Source: a bacterium
GTDB taxonomy: Bacteria; Hinthialibacterota; Hinthialibacteria; Hinthialibacterales; Hinthialibacteraceae
Reading direction: 5' to 3'
Length of the DNA stretch: 64,000 bases
Assembly: GCA_963662285.2 (NCBI GenBank)
Contig: CAXXMV010000008.1
Coordinates: 1,216,001 to 1,280,000, forward strand
Numbering within the stretch: the stretch's first letter is position 1; the number at the start of each line of letters is the position of its first letter. Below are positions 51,469 to 62,056 of the stretch, piece after piece. The position numbers and the translations under genes were made by a program. The notes under the pieces are model-generated. The model was given only the letters and a program-made list of their open reading frames with translations, searched no databases and was not told the DNA's origin.

Positions 51469-53052
51469 TCATCGGTCCTCGACAACTGCATCAGAGGGCA
51501 TGGCAGGCGCTTTGCTGGCCCTGGCGTGGAGCAGCATCGCCAGCACTGCGATGACGCTAAAAGCCCACGAAAACCGAGCCGATAGCATCACCGGCGCGCC
51601 GACGAGAACGAGCAGATAACTCAACTCAAGTGAGGCGGGCACGTACCGAGGCCACGTCGGCCAAGAACACGCGGTCTCGTCTCGCGAGACTGAGGGCTCG
51701 GTCCTACCTGCTTCGGACTTAGTTCTGCACCCTATGAGCATGGCTACCAGGAGAAGCACTGCTCCTGCTATCAGTGAGGAGAATCCTGGTCTGTTGCCGA
51801 GCAAGAAGAACTCAAAGACTGGACCTATGGCGGCGTAGAGCAGACCGAATGTGACAACCCGATCCATTCCCATCCCCGGCTTCGGCGTCGGCCACCGGCG
51901 CGACGGGAGCCAGACTGCAATGGAGTAGACGATGAGCAGCAAAAAATAACAAGGAAGTGACGCCCTGGCCACAGCCGCCTTTTCCCTGATCCGCGAACTG
52001 TAGACCTCAAAGAACTCGACCACCTCCGGCATATAGGACTGAAAATCGGGGTAACGGCCGCGCTGGTTTTCGTACTGCTCCAACGTCTCTAGCAGTTCCG
52101 GCATCCAGAAGGCGCCTCTCTTCAACCCCTTGGCGAGGGCGCGACGCCCGGCCAAGAATCCCTGGCGCTCATGCAGGTAGCGGATGACAGCCGCCTGCAC
52201 CAGCAACTCCCTCACGATGGCGGAGTGGTGTAACTGCCCGTAGGCTTTGGCGAAGTACCCCACCAGGAAGGGCTTCATCCGATTGACGGGCTCCTCGAAC
52301 TGATCGAGGTACAGATCTGATGCCGGGTTCACGTAGGAGTGTGAAAGCTCATGGACGATCCCAGAGGCAAATCGCAGTCCGCGTACCCCCTGGTGAAACA
52401 CCGGTTTGCCTTGGCCGTGCAGCCCGCCAAGAGGCGAGATGAACACGCGGAACTCCCGACCGGCCTGGGAGCCAAAGTAACTGTCAAACCAGTCGACTTG
52501 GACCCCAGCCTTGAGCGCGCGCTCGGCGCGGGCGACTGTCTCAGCATAGAAGGGGCCTTGCTTCTCGACAAAACCGGCGAAGTCGCTTTGCGTGGCGAAA
52601 TCGCGGGTTTGGGCGAGGAACTCGTCAATAAGCTCCGGAGTCCAGCGCTAGTGCAGCGTCTCGGGCCAGGGATCGAGCGGCAATCGCAGTCGCAGGTTGG
52701 CGACGTCATCCATGTGCACCGCGAGGCTCAACTGGATCCCGTAGTCTACGTTTCGACCCTCCTTGAGACGGATCGCGAGCCCGACGACCGGATGCTCCCG
52801 GAAGCGCCCGAAGTGATTTTGCACCTCCGTCTCGTAGTGCGAGGCCGCGTGGTCCCCACCATAGTCCAGGTATCCCGCGAGCCGGTAGATGATCGCGAAC
52901 AGCTCGACCCGCGGGTCAATGCTCACCTGCAGGGAAGTGGACGAGGATGCCGATTCGCCGATGGCCACGACCATCGCCACGAATAGGATCAGGCTCAGGG
53001 AGGTACGCCGGCGCTCTGGCCACGCTGCGCCACAACTGGTGATTGACTTCAT
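51469..53052 (-). pseudogene. DUF4932-like secreted metalloprotein with C-terminal TM region, in-frame TAG at 52648-52650
   Basis: IDPRVELF.II..LAG, ..ETLH*RWTPE..DF..F.., HELSHSYVNP (HExxH); both ORF-track pieces share one frame. Confidence 0.7.
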
Positions 53053-53155
53053 GTTGCCCTCTCTTGGAACAGTCTTTTCCTTTTGATCTAACAAAAATGC
53101 GAACGGTTCGGAATCGCAAAAAACATGTTCTATTGATACGCAAAATCTTGTTCAT

Positions 53156-54099
53156 TTAATTATGGATTTGATGATTCTGGATTGCAGATTCATTATTCCT
53201 AATCTGATTTTCAATAGCGTCCGCCATGAGTTTGGCTAGTTTTTCAAATTCCTCTTTTGCTTTATCCGCATTGAAACTGGCGGGGTCGCCAAAATAACCT
53301 AACGGAGTCACTCGACGCGCGTCAGTTACCCAGGCAAGGACATCGTTCATCGTTAGTTTAGTGGGGGTCAGCGTTCGCGCCATTTCTACATCGACGAGTT
53401 GAGGAAAAATGCCGCCATTGCGCCAGTTTCAAATTCTTCCGCATGCAAACTTAAATATTCGCTGGGCGAATCGTCTGAGGGTGGTTCTTTGTGTGCAACG
53501 ATAAAATCCTCTTCGCCAGTCAATTGAAATCGCCCAAGATCGTACTCAGGCAACAGGCAATATGCGTTTACGTTTTGGCGTCGGCAGGCGTCGACAATCG
53601 CTTGTAGAATCGTTATTCGATGCGTTCCATCGTTGTGCCAATTGATGTTATAGATTTCTGTGAATCCCCAACTCTTTAGAGAATTAATTGTATCGTAGAT
53701 CAACGCTTTCATGGTTGTTTCACGTACAGTAAATGTCCCGGGGAAGACATGGGTCGTTTTGTTGATTACCCAATAGAACGGCGGGGCAATGAGCGTTTTT
53801 ATTCCGCGCGAGTCCAACTCCCGCTTGACTAACACACAGTTGATATAGCCGAGGTAAGTGTCTACGCCATTAGCCATGTGAGGGCCGTGTTCTTCGATAA
53901 CTGCGGTTGGGAATAAGATAATCGCATCCTCTTGCGCCGCTTGTTCGACCTCTTGCCAAGTCATGTCAACCATGGTTTCGTGGAAAATCGAATGACCGCT
54001 TATCTCGGTACTGGTATTATTGCTCGCCTTAGATACCGGAACGATTGACAATAGCACTATTGCTAAAAGGGAACATTTCTTGAATTGAAACGGTTTCAT
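53156..54099 (-). pseudogene. Creatininase-family amidohydrolase with signal peptide, 1-nt frameshift near 53400
   Basis: MTWQEV, EEHGPH, NWHNDG, HA..FET, GYFGDP; one extra base gives FFPQLVDVEMARTL (314 aa). Confidence 0.75.
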
Positions 54100-54190
54100 T
54101 TCTTTTGTCCTTCCAGTTGTATGATGTGTTGATTTTGTTTAATCCTATATTTCTAATATGAAACATAGTTTTTCCATCACAGTATTAAAA

Positions 54191-56071
54191 TTAACTTTTG
54201 TCAATCAATTCCATTGCATAAAGAATTTCCGTATTGGGATCAAAATTATAATTTTTCAGAATATCGTATTTTATTTCATAATCTGGACGAAATACTCTCC
54301 CCATTTTGGGATCGTCTCTGAAGTGAGTTGAATAAAGATGAGAAATTCCTCCCTTTAGCCAAGAGTAATTTAATGTAAACCCAACCCAGGCCCCACAAGC
54401 GTTACCAGCCTGGGATGAAGGTATACCAACAACCTTTCCTCCGGCTGCCCAATGATCGTACATAAAAGCATATCCAGAACTTGTCGTTAATGGGGAACAA
54501 AGTAGTAAAATATTTTGAGGCCGATAGTACCCGGAATAATCTTCCGATTGATATTCTTCCCAGAAAGTAACCGCCATAGAGGCTTCATCCTCAATTATTC
54601 GAATAGAATCTTCACGACTTAAATTGTCGCCTTGTTCGGGATAGGCGGAAAAGTCGTAATCTTCTTCGGTTAATTTGATTGGTTGATGTTTGTTGAAATC
54701 ATCAATATTCCATGCCGGATATTGTTTCCAGAAAAGAGGTGAATATTTTCTGATAATGATGCTTCTTTTGTCACTGAATGATATCAAGGCTTCTTTACCA
54801 TGTATGAAATAGAAAAAGATTGTGGAAATAAATGCATTGCCTCCTTGATTCCTCCTCAAATCAATAATCAAGTTTTCTGACTGATTCCTTTTCATTACCT
54901 CAACGAGCTCCCTAAATAATTCGGTGGCTGAAGGGATTCCGGCTACTAGCTCTTTTTTGCTTAATGGTGGAGGAGCGTCATTGAATTTTCGATATAACTG
55001 ATTTGCCAATCCTCTACGGAGAGAACCTTGAAGCGCCATTTCCATCTCAAAAGTTTCTCTGTACGTATACATATTTTCGATCAAAAGAAGGATTGTTTTC
55101 TTTTCTTCATCCATAAAACGGTATACATAATTGCTCTTCTCGGTAGATGGAAGTTTGACGGATGTTGTGGGCATAATCAGATTGTCTTGTCCTCTATTAT
55201 TCGGTTCTAAATCAAGTTTGGTTTCAAATCCTTGCGGATTTAGTAAACCAACATGGATAGTTTCACCTTTCCACTCCGGTATAAGGTGCTCCAACAATTT
55301 TTTATGCCAGAGCGAGCCGTCATAACCCAAATATCGCATTAACTGGAATTCATTGTCAAATCCTTTGATTTGGGCTTGTCGTTTAAGCAATTCATCAATC
55401 GATAAATTTTCCACAGATAACAGTTTGGATCCGATCAGATGCTTATCTTTGAGATCAATCACGCTTGCAACGTATAATTCATCTTCCACGGCTTGGAAAT
55501 AAAGTGGAATCCCCCCTGGGGATTGATTATCTAAATTAAAAGGAAGCCAAAATGAGGTATGTCCATCACCTGCTGCTGCCATAAATGGGCATAGGTGTCG
55601 ATAAAATTCAAGTTGTGTCATACCGTCTTGAGGAATTGTACGGATTATCTTCTGCATTCTCCGGTGAAATGCGATCTTACCGCCGCCAGGAAGATAGGGA
55701 TCAGGATGAGTCGTCTCCAGGATGGATGCCATCTGCCTTACATCGTCAACCAGGAAATCCCGGCTTATCTTCTGATTTAGATTTCTTTGTATGAAACTGA
55801 TCCACGGTTTCCAGACAATAATTAGGGCAATCAGCACACAGATAAAACAAGCCAGTCTTCTAAGCCGCTTGTTTTTGACAAATTGAAGCGTCAAGCCCAC
55901 GAATATCCCAAAGCCCATAAATAATCTGAAACCGGTCAGAAAATCCCGGAGTACAAAACCAGAAAACAGACTCATACCAATCCCCCAAACCAGCCAAAAG
56001 ATGAGAGGTCGATATTTTTTTAAGAATAGTTGAATGTTCATTAGTTTGATATCAGGAATAATCAGATTCAT
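54191..56071 (-). CDS. Membrane-anchored peptidase S41-like protein
   Basis: N-terminal TMs, DGHT, PDZ-like region, LIIDLRRNQGGN, TTSS, VGIPS. Confidence 0.7.
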   Translation of the reverse strand: MNLIIPDIKLMNIQLFLKKYRPLIFWLVWGIGMSLFSGFVLRDFLTGFRLFMGFGIFVGLTLQFVKNKRLRRLACFICVLIALIIVWKPWISFIQRNLNQKISRDFLVDDVRQMASILETTHPDPYLPGGGKIAFHRRMQKIIRTIPQDGMTQLEFYRHLCPFMAAAGDGHTSFWLPFNLDNQSPGGIPLYFQAVEDELYVASVIDLKDKHLIGSKLLSVENLSIDELLKRQAQIKGFDNEFQLMRYLGYDGSLWHKKLLEHLIPEWKGETIHVGLLNPQGFETKLDLEPNNRGQDNLIMPTTSVKLPSTEKSNYVYRFMDEEKKTILLLIENMYTYRETFEMEMALQGSLRRGLANQLYRKFNDAPPPLSKKELVAGIPSATELFRELVEVMKRNQSENLIIDLRRNQGGNAFISTIFFYFIHGKEALISFSDKRSIIIRKYSPLFWKQYPAWNIDDFNKHQPIKLTEEDYDFSAYPEQGDNLSREDSIRIIEDEASMAVTFWEEYQSEDYSGYYRPQNILLLCSPLTTSSGYAFMYDHWAAGGKVVGIPSSQAGNACGAWVGFTLNYSWLKGGISHLYSTHFRDDPKMGRVFRPDYEIKYDILKNYNFDPNTEILYAMELIDKS

Positions 56072-56106
56072 TTGAATGACCTCAATGTATTAATGTCGCC
56101 TTCATT

Positions 56107-56940
56107 TTATTCATTTATAAAATGAGACGTCATGACATGGTACAATTTCCCCGGAAAAGCGTTTTCAATCTGCTCGATGCTTTTCAACCCGAAAACAAAT
56201 GCAATAGTAATGGGATCTGCTCTATAGTCCGTATGGCCTTCATAAAATCCATAGCGCGTAATGTAATATGGAACCATTTCACTGAAATGAAAAGAGGTAA
56301 GTTCCTCTTCTGGCACAGCCATTTTCTGATCTGAAAGATGGGAGTACTTATCTTTTAAAAAGGCTTCTTCTACTGATGAGAGTTTTCTTTGAATGTCTAT
56401 ATCAAACCGGCCCCTTACATCATCGTGGAATATGGAGGCTTGCCACCCTTTCATACTTTCTGCTTTAAAATTAACTTGACAACCATTATAAAGAAAATAC
56501 TGGATATCAGAAAACCTTCTCATATTCCCATGTTTATACTCCTCGAGGATACTATTCCAAATATGAAAAAGCGGGTTGGCTAATTGCGGATGAGCCAGAT
56601 TCAGTCGTTTAACTAATTCGTTATCGCCTTGCAAAACAGAAATAATATCTTCATCTTCCGCCATAAAACCAGCCCCTGAAAATCTGCCTGGCCGACCAAT
56701 ATAATTAATAACGGAAATGGGTATCCCTGTTATCGTATCCCTTTTATTTAATTCTGCTTGGGAATGAAGTCCTGTTTTAGCCAGTTCTGGAAAATCACCG
56801 GTATTCACTGACAATTGGCTATCTTTCCCATACATACTCTTTATTTTATAGATATAAATTTGTATCGGAAAACCGGTTTTTGAGGCGAAACGTATGTTGT
56901 AGTCGCTCAAATCACATGTATTTTGTGAATTCACAATCAC
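56107..56940 (-). CDS. Hypothetical protein (start uncertain, possibly 5'-truncated)
   Basis: 277 aa ORF; AGF...E, YGFYEG.T.YR.DP motif. Confidence 0.55.
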   Translation of the reverse strand: MIVNSQNTCDLSDYNIRFASKTGFPIQIYIYKIKSMYGKDSQLSVNTGDFPELAKTGLHSQAELNKRDTITGIPISVINYIGRPGRFSGAGFMAEDEDIISVLQGDNELVKRLNLAHPQLANPLFHIWNSILEEYKHGNMRRFSDIQYFLYNGCQVNFKAESMKGWQASIFHDDVRGRFDIDIQRKLSSVEEAFLKDKYSHLSDQKMAVPEEELTSFHFSEMVPYYITRYGFYEGHTDYRADPITIAFVFGLKSIEQIENAFPGKLYHVMTSHFINE

Positions 56941-57425
56941 TTTGACGATAAATCTCAGCCAAATTAGTTTGAGAAGAAAGATGAAAGAGATAAATCATTG
57001 AGGATATTAGTTTATAGGGCTGATGGTCATTTTCTATTAACAGAAGCAGATTTTTATTGGGTGTATCTGGTAATAGACATAGCTAGATAAGCTGAGCGCT
57101 ACGTCCTATTTTTATGAATCTTTGCATGAATAATAATTCTGAATCGAAAATGTTGAGTGATTCTACTTGGAACCCTTTGGTTCCTTCTATTTGTAAGGAT
57201 ACCTTCTACTTTTTTCTCCAAATATTAATCGGTCATCAAAAAGCGCTTCTATTAGTGAAAGTGCCTAATGGATTAATCTCGATAGTAAAGTCGCAATAGT
57301 GAGCGTGCAGTTGTATAAAGTGATAATTCAGGAATTCTTGAAAATCGTATTGTTATAAAATTGTTAGAATCTTACAATTCATGATTCTCATCATTAATGA
57401 AATCAAATAAATACAGCCACCCGTC

Positions 57426-57448
57426 TACGGATGCAAAAGAGGTGTACT
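57426..57448 (+). repeat. Candidate attR (23-bp direct repeat, copy 2)
   Basis: TACGGATGCAAAAGAGGTGTACT, 10 bp from the stop of the serine recombinase. Confidence 0.7.
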
Positions 57449-57458
57449 TTCATCTCGG

Positions 57459-58193
57459 TTAAATAACTTTTTTCAGTCGATGCTTTATCCGTTGATTTGC
57501 GAATCGCCATAGGTCAGATGAGATAAAAAGATCGTGCTTTCCATGGCGATTTTGCTCAATATAGAAATCGTTTTTCAGAACGAAACCTGTGGTTGATCGT
57601 TTAATGCCCGTCATATCGGCTATCTCTCGAAGCGAGAATCCATTAGCGGCCAAGATAAACACTTCTTTGACGATCCGACTAGTCTTTTTATCGATAACAA
57701 TCTGCTTTTGTTCCATCCGATATCCGAGCGGTGGACGGTTCATAAAGCGGTTATAGGATTTTGCTTTATCAATTCCTCGCCGGATTCTTGCCTGACGCAA
57801 TTCCGTTTCAAACTCAGAGAAGACTGCCCGTATTTTCGAAAACGCTTTCTCCGATGGCGTCTCACTTTTGCATTCATTGACGAACTGAATCGTTATCCCT
57901 TGTCTTTGCAGGTGAGTCGATAACCAACCATATTGGAATACGTCACGAGAAAGACGGTCGGATTCGGTGGCGATGACGGCGTGAACAGACGGATTGATCG
58001 CTTCGATCATCGCCATAAGACCGGAACGATCGAACAACCGCGTTCCACTGCTCTGATCCTCGAAGATTTCAAGAAGCTGTAACTGATTCTTCTCGCAGTA
58101 TTTTTCTATTTCCGAACGCTGACCATCGAGTGAAAATCCTTTTCCCTGCTCACCGGTTGAGACGCGAATATACCCATATACTTTTGGATTCAT
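57459..58193 (-). CDS. Serine recombinase
   Basis: YGYIRVSTGEQ (catalytic Ser), DRLSR, PPLGY, short recombinase domain. Confidence 0.9.
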   Translation of the reverse strand: MNPKVYGYIRVSTGEQGKGFSLDGQRSEIEKYCEKNQLQLLEIFEDQSSGTRLFDRSGLMAMIEAINPSVHAVIATESDRLSRDVFQYGWLSTHLQRQGITIQFVNECKSETPSEKAFSKIRAVFSEFETELRQARIRRGIDKAKSYNRFMNRPPLGYRMEQKQIVIDKKTSRIVKEVFILAANGFSLREIADMTGIKRSTTGFVLKNDFYIEQNRHGKHDLFISSDLWRFANQRIKHRLKKVI

Positions 58194-58342
58194 TGACGAC
58201 TCACCACTCGTAACACGATGTCGCCACGATCGATGAATACTTCCAGTTTGTCTCCTTTCTGGAGACGAAGCGCTTTTGCCACTCCTGAGGGGATAGTAAT
58301 CGTGTACTGGCCGTTACTATCTTGCCGTCGTAACACAACCAT
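58190..58342 (-). CDS. AbrB/MazE-type DNA-binding protein (50 aa)
   Basis: GQYTITIPSGVAKALRLQKGDKLEVFIDRGDIVL; ATGA overlap with the recombinase. Confidence 0.8.
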   Translation of the reverse strand: MVVLRRQDSNGQYTITIPSGVAKALRLQKGDKLEVFIDRGDIVLRVVSRQ

Positions 58343-58400
58343 GTTTTGAGAAAGCCGTTTCCCTCTCTTTTTGTAAAAAGTAAGGTTTGAGTTCATTGAA

Positions 58401-58429
58401 AGAGCCATGCACGGATTATGCATGGCTCT
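58401..58429. other. Perfect 11-bp inverted repeat
   Basis: AGAGCCATGCA-7nt-TGCATGGCTCT between DUF3987 and abrB-like. Confidence 0.7.
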
Positions 58430-58502
58430 ATATATAAATTTATGCTTAAACTGCCCGCTTACGGAATGTCCAGGAAGGTAGACCTTCTTGGACGATTGAT
58501 TA

Positions 58503-59801
58503 CTACACATCAGTCGTTTCGCTTCTTTCGCTATTTTCGCATGACATTAAACGAATTGAATTGACGGACCGGCCTGCCGTAGGACGCTGAAAACATTCAG
58601 CTTTTCTTTTAGATTCAAGATACTTGACTGCTTCCTTGATTTCGCTCGATTTTTTATGCCGCCGGAAAAGATTGTGAATGTCGGTTAGTGTGCATTCATT
58701 AACTTCCTCAAGATGTTCCATAATTCGATCGGCGATTTCGTTGCGCTCTTCATCATCGAAAATAATCCGCACTGATTCTTCTGCGTAACGCCAGAATGCA
58801 AGAGCGGATTCCAGGTGTTGCACGTCAATGCTCGAACTCCGGTCAATCAAAGCGTAAAGAAAAGACAACCGGCGCAGTTGGATTTCTGCACGACCACAAA
58901 TTTGTCCTTCGATACCGCATCTTTCTGCAGAGAACTCTTTATAAATTGAACACCACAATTCGCTCGCAGCTGGAGTCAGATCCAACGTTTGTTGCGCTCG
59001 AGCGTAAATGAGAACATTCAGAAGCCAGTTTTGATAACGGGCAAGTTCTTCATCACAAAGGCGTTCAGGCAGAGGGACTAATTTCGACCGGTATGTAAGA
59101 ATCCATATAAAGCGATTAGCGAAACCATTGGCTGCATCAACCCGGCGGAGAAGTTTTCTTAGTTCCTGGATAGTGATATGAGCAAGAATGACCAAGTGCG
59201 CGTCTGTAGTGGATATGTTTGATGTTTTCGTTAATGGCCCACAGTCTCCAGACTCCCATAGACATCGCAAAATTGTGTTCAATTTGTCGTTGCTCTTCCG
59301 AAATGATGATAGCGTTCCAGCGAATTCTTCCTCAACGATCAACAGTCTTTTGTCTTCAATGCCCGGATCGATAATTTCAGTTCTATCCTGAGAATAGATT
59401 TGATCTCGAAGCGCGAAAACAATTCCTTCGCCCGTACTCATTGGGCCGGGGGACTGGGCGCATTGTGTCCACTGGCTGGAGTCGAAATCAAACAGACGCT
59501 TGATGGGCGCCCATGATGTTCCTTTTCTTGCTTTCGAGCTTTTTCCAACGATCGCGGTAAACAAACGGCCCGAATGCTTTTTATCACCGATATAAAAATG
59601 CGGGCTAGAGCCAATTTCTCCGGCGAATCGAGTAAGAAATCCTCCCAATAAGGCCGTTGAATTTGCTTCGCTGTAAGCAGTTACTGAATTAATATACTCA
59701 CCCAACATTCCTGGCGTCGCTTCCTTCGAGAGGATCGGCATTCCATCGATGGGCAGATCAATTGTTGAATGATTATGATCATTATTCTCTGTTATGGTCA
59801 T
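58503..59801 (-). CDS. DUF3987/YfjI-like helicase-type protein
   Basis: IVGKSSKARKGTS (Walker A-like), STGEG, EEEF, NGFANRF, ALAFWRY, C-terminal wHTH. Confidence 0.75.
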   Translation of the reverse strand: MTITENNDHNHSTIDLPIDGMPILSKEATPGMLGEYINSVTAYSEANSTALLGGFLTRFAGEIGSSPHFYIGDKKHSGRLFTAIVGKSSKARKGTSWAPIKRLFDFDSSQWTQCAQSPGPMSTGEGIVFALRDQIYSQDRTEIIDPGIEDKRLLIVEEEFAGTLSSFRKSNDKLNTILRCLWESGDCGPLTKTSNISTTDAHLVILAHITIQELRKLLRRVDAANGFANRFIWILTYRSKLVPLPERLCDEELARYQNWLLNVLIYARAQQTLDLTPAASELWCSIYKEFSAERCGIEGQICGRAEIQLRRLSFLYALIDRSSSIDVQHLESALAFWRYAEESVRIIFDDEERNEIADRIMEHLEEVNECTLTDIHNLFRRHKKSSEIKEAVKYLESKRKAECFQRPTAGRSVNSIRLMSCENSERSETTDV

Positions 59802-59979
59802 AGTAGTCTCCTATACCATATCCCCTTCCACCAGGGATAAGAAATCAGCCTGTAACAAAATCTCCTAAGAAAAAGACATCTTCGATACCATCAATGGAAG
59901 GATCGGGATACCATTGAAAAAATGGCGAACAATAAATAAAAGAGTTGCTTCGTCCGAGCGATGCAAGCAACGGAACCTT

Positions 59980-60339
59980 TTACAAATCTTTCGGAGAATC
60001 GATTTGTACGCCGATTCGAATATTACTAGTCCACCGCAGTTCTCTGGAGATACTAAGTAGCCGTTTAGGATGATTGGTAATCAAAAAATAAACAGGACGC
60101 CCCATACGCGTCATCAACAAATGCGCCCCATAGATTACATTCACAGGAACGCCTGGATGATAAAGATCGTCCATTGAGTCTATCAACACGGGTTTCGAAG
60201 AATTGTTATTATTCATGTCATTCAGTACAAAACCAGGATCTTTCGCAAGGGAATCTGCATTAAATGGCAGCATAATAACTGGATGCCAGGTATGTACATC
60301 AATGGGCCTTTGTGTAGTCAACATGGTTCTATCCTCCAA
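59980..60339 (-). CDS. Hypothetical protein
   Basis: ORF in a co-directional run, followed by a GTTGCTT/AAGCAAC hairpin. Confidence 0.5.
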   Translation of the reverse strand: MEDRTMLTTQRPIDVHTWHPVIMLPFNADSLAKDPGFVLNDMNNNNSSKPVLIDSMDDLYHPGVPVNVIYGAHLLMTRMGRPVYFLITNHPKRLLSISRELRWTSNIRIGVQIDSPKDL

Positions 60340-60348
60340 GTTATCGAG

Positions 60349-61125
60349 TTAAAAATCTTCTTCATCACAGATATCGATAGTGGCAACAATTTCGTCATCA
60401 TTTATCGAACGAATTTCAAGGTGCAGGTTTGCGAGAATACTCCCAGACCGGAAAAAGGCGACCTTTTTACCGTTAAAAAAAGCATGAAGCGATCCTGAAA
60501 CTACGGCGTCAGCGTGTCTGTCATTCAGATCGGTGATCTTGACGCCACATGAGCCCATCTCTTTCATAATCTCGGTTTTTAGGTTCTCTTCCCAAACGCT
60601 CTTAGAACCGATGATCGATTCGAGATCGCGTTTTTCCGATTCTTCCCATTTCCCCTGGAAGATGGTTGAAAACTCCATCTTTACACCTTCATAGCGCATC
60701 CGTTTCAAGCCATGGTCAGAAAAAAACGATCCGATCTCATCCCATTCTTTAAAGGCTTGAAATGGAATTGGCCGATTGTTGAATTCACGAAATGAGCGCT
60801 CACTGTTCTTGGATTGATCTCTTCTACGAAGATCCTCGATACGTGAGCTCTCTTTTTCAAAGCGTAAACGGTCAAATGATGGCTCATTTCTACGCGGTGT
60901 TTCAAAGCCGGATTTTGAGATGGGGCGTTTTGTCGGTTCTCTACGGATTTGACTTATTCGACGAGGTTCTGTTGTTTTCTCTGAAAAAGATGCGGTCTGA
61001 TGCGCATCAACATACGCGTCAGAATTATCATTATGACCACCGCATCCGATACAGACAAATCCTATCCATAGAGTCCATACGATCGTAAATCCAATTATTA
61101 CAGAGTGTTTTTGTGTTTTCTTCAT
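60349..61125 (-). CDS. Putative lipoprotein
   Basis: Basic N-term, hydrophobic stretch, CIGC lipobox-like; AAGGA RBS. Confidence 0.6.
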   Translation of the reverse strand: MKKTQKHSVIIGFTIVWTLWIGFVCIGCGGHNDNSDAYVDAHQTASFSEKTTEPRRISQIRREPTKRPISKSGFETPRRNEPSFDRLRFEKESSRIEDLRRRDQSKNSERSFREFNNRPIPFQAFKEWDEIGSFFSDHGLKRMRYEGVKMEFSTIFQGKWEESEKRDLESIIGSKSVWEENLKTEIMKEMGSCGVKITDLNDRHADAVVSGSLHAFFNGKKVAFFRSGSILANLHLEIRSINDDEIVATIDICDEEDF

Positions 61126-61350
61126 GATTCGTATCCTTTCATTGATTTCCTACTCAATTAGATATAATTGAAAATCTCTTTATCTCGATTTTTTTTTCGA
61201 TCCGGTAGATTTTTTACCGGACCTTCTTGTAACGCTGATTAAATTTTCCTCCCTTGTTCTTTTTAGATAGAAAAACATGGAACTTTTTTTAAAAAATCAT
61301 TAAAGAACTTATCTATGTTGATATAGATGGAATTTCTTAAGGAGAGAAAA

Positions 61351-62028
61351 ATGTTTGGAAAATCAAAACCAAAAAGAGGAATCATCCCTGAGTGTGAATT
61401 TTGCGCATTAGAACATTGTGAATGCTGTCCGTATTACAACGAAGAGGATAAAAAACAATATGAGCGGCAAGAACAGCGCAGGCATCCCCCCAAATCGCAT
61501 TTTTCTGGAGGGCCCTTCGTTTTCCCGGATGAAAGTGAATCGAAAGGATCTAAAAAAGATCGTTCCGATAGAAAAGTGTTTCCAGATTACTTAGATGAAT
61601 TCTATCAAAGTTATAAATCGAAAGTTTCCGACAAACCATTAGATCCAGAATTTGAAAAAATGATACTTGATGTATTTTCTCCACTTTTGAATCATTCACC
61701 AAATAAAGACGAAGAAAATCCAGAGGAAGATGATGGATTTGATAATTCTGGGAAGGAATTTAACCCGGACTTCGCGAAAATGCTTCAGGATGCTTTTTCT
61801 CCTCTTTTAAATGACTCAGCAAAGGATAATGAAGCAAATCCTAATGAACGTGATGAGTCAGGTGATGAGGATTCTGAAAATGAGGATAACAGAGCTGATA
61901 GTGATGAATCAAATGAAGATGGCTATTTAGATGCTTATGAAAATTGTGAAGAGGATTACTACTCTGATTACGATGATGCTTACTATTACGAGAATGAATA
62001 CAATAGCGATAACGAAAGTGATTCTTAA
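61351..62028 (+). CDS. Highly acidic protein with an N-terminal Cys cluster and an internal repeat
   Basis: AAGGAG RBS; CEFC..HCECCPYY; D/E/N/Y-rich tail. Confidence 0.65.
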   Translation: MFGKSKPKRGIIPECEFCALEHCECCPYYNEEDKKQYERQEQRRHPPKSHFSGGPFVFPDESESKGSKKDRSDRKVFPDYLDEFYQSYKSKVSDKPLDPEFEKMILDVFSPLLNHSPNKDEENPEEDDGFDNSGKEFNPDFAKMLQDAFSPLLNDSAKDNEANPNERDESGDEDSENEDNRADSDESNEDGYLDAYENCEEDYYSDYDDAYYYENEYNSDNESDS

Positions 62029-62056
62029 TAATTGACCGTAGAGGAGATTTTGAATA

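Larger units (their letters stand above)
28214..57448. mobile_element. Putative 29.2-kb integrative island bounded by direct repeats
   Basis: 23-bp direct repeats at both ends, tyrosine integrase about 180 bp inside the left repeat, both repeats intergenic. Confidence 0.55.

Noticed and set aside
52648-52650. Pyrrolysine or recoded TAG
   Set aside because: No pyl genes in the window and TAG terminates many intact genes here; a nonsense mutation is simpler
53085-57000. Integron cassette array for the co-oriented minus-strand genes
   Set aside because: Only one weak attC-like hairpin (about 53085-53155); the other intergenic gaps lack R''/R' boxes and the integrase shows no IntI-specific insertion that I can see
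57459-58342. IS607-family element
   Set aside because: No N-terminal MerR-type HTH on the recombinase and no tnpB
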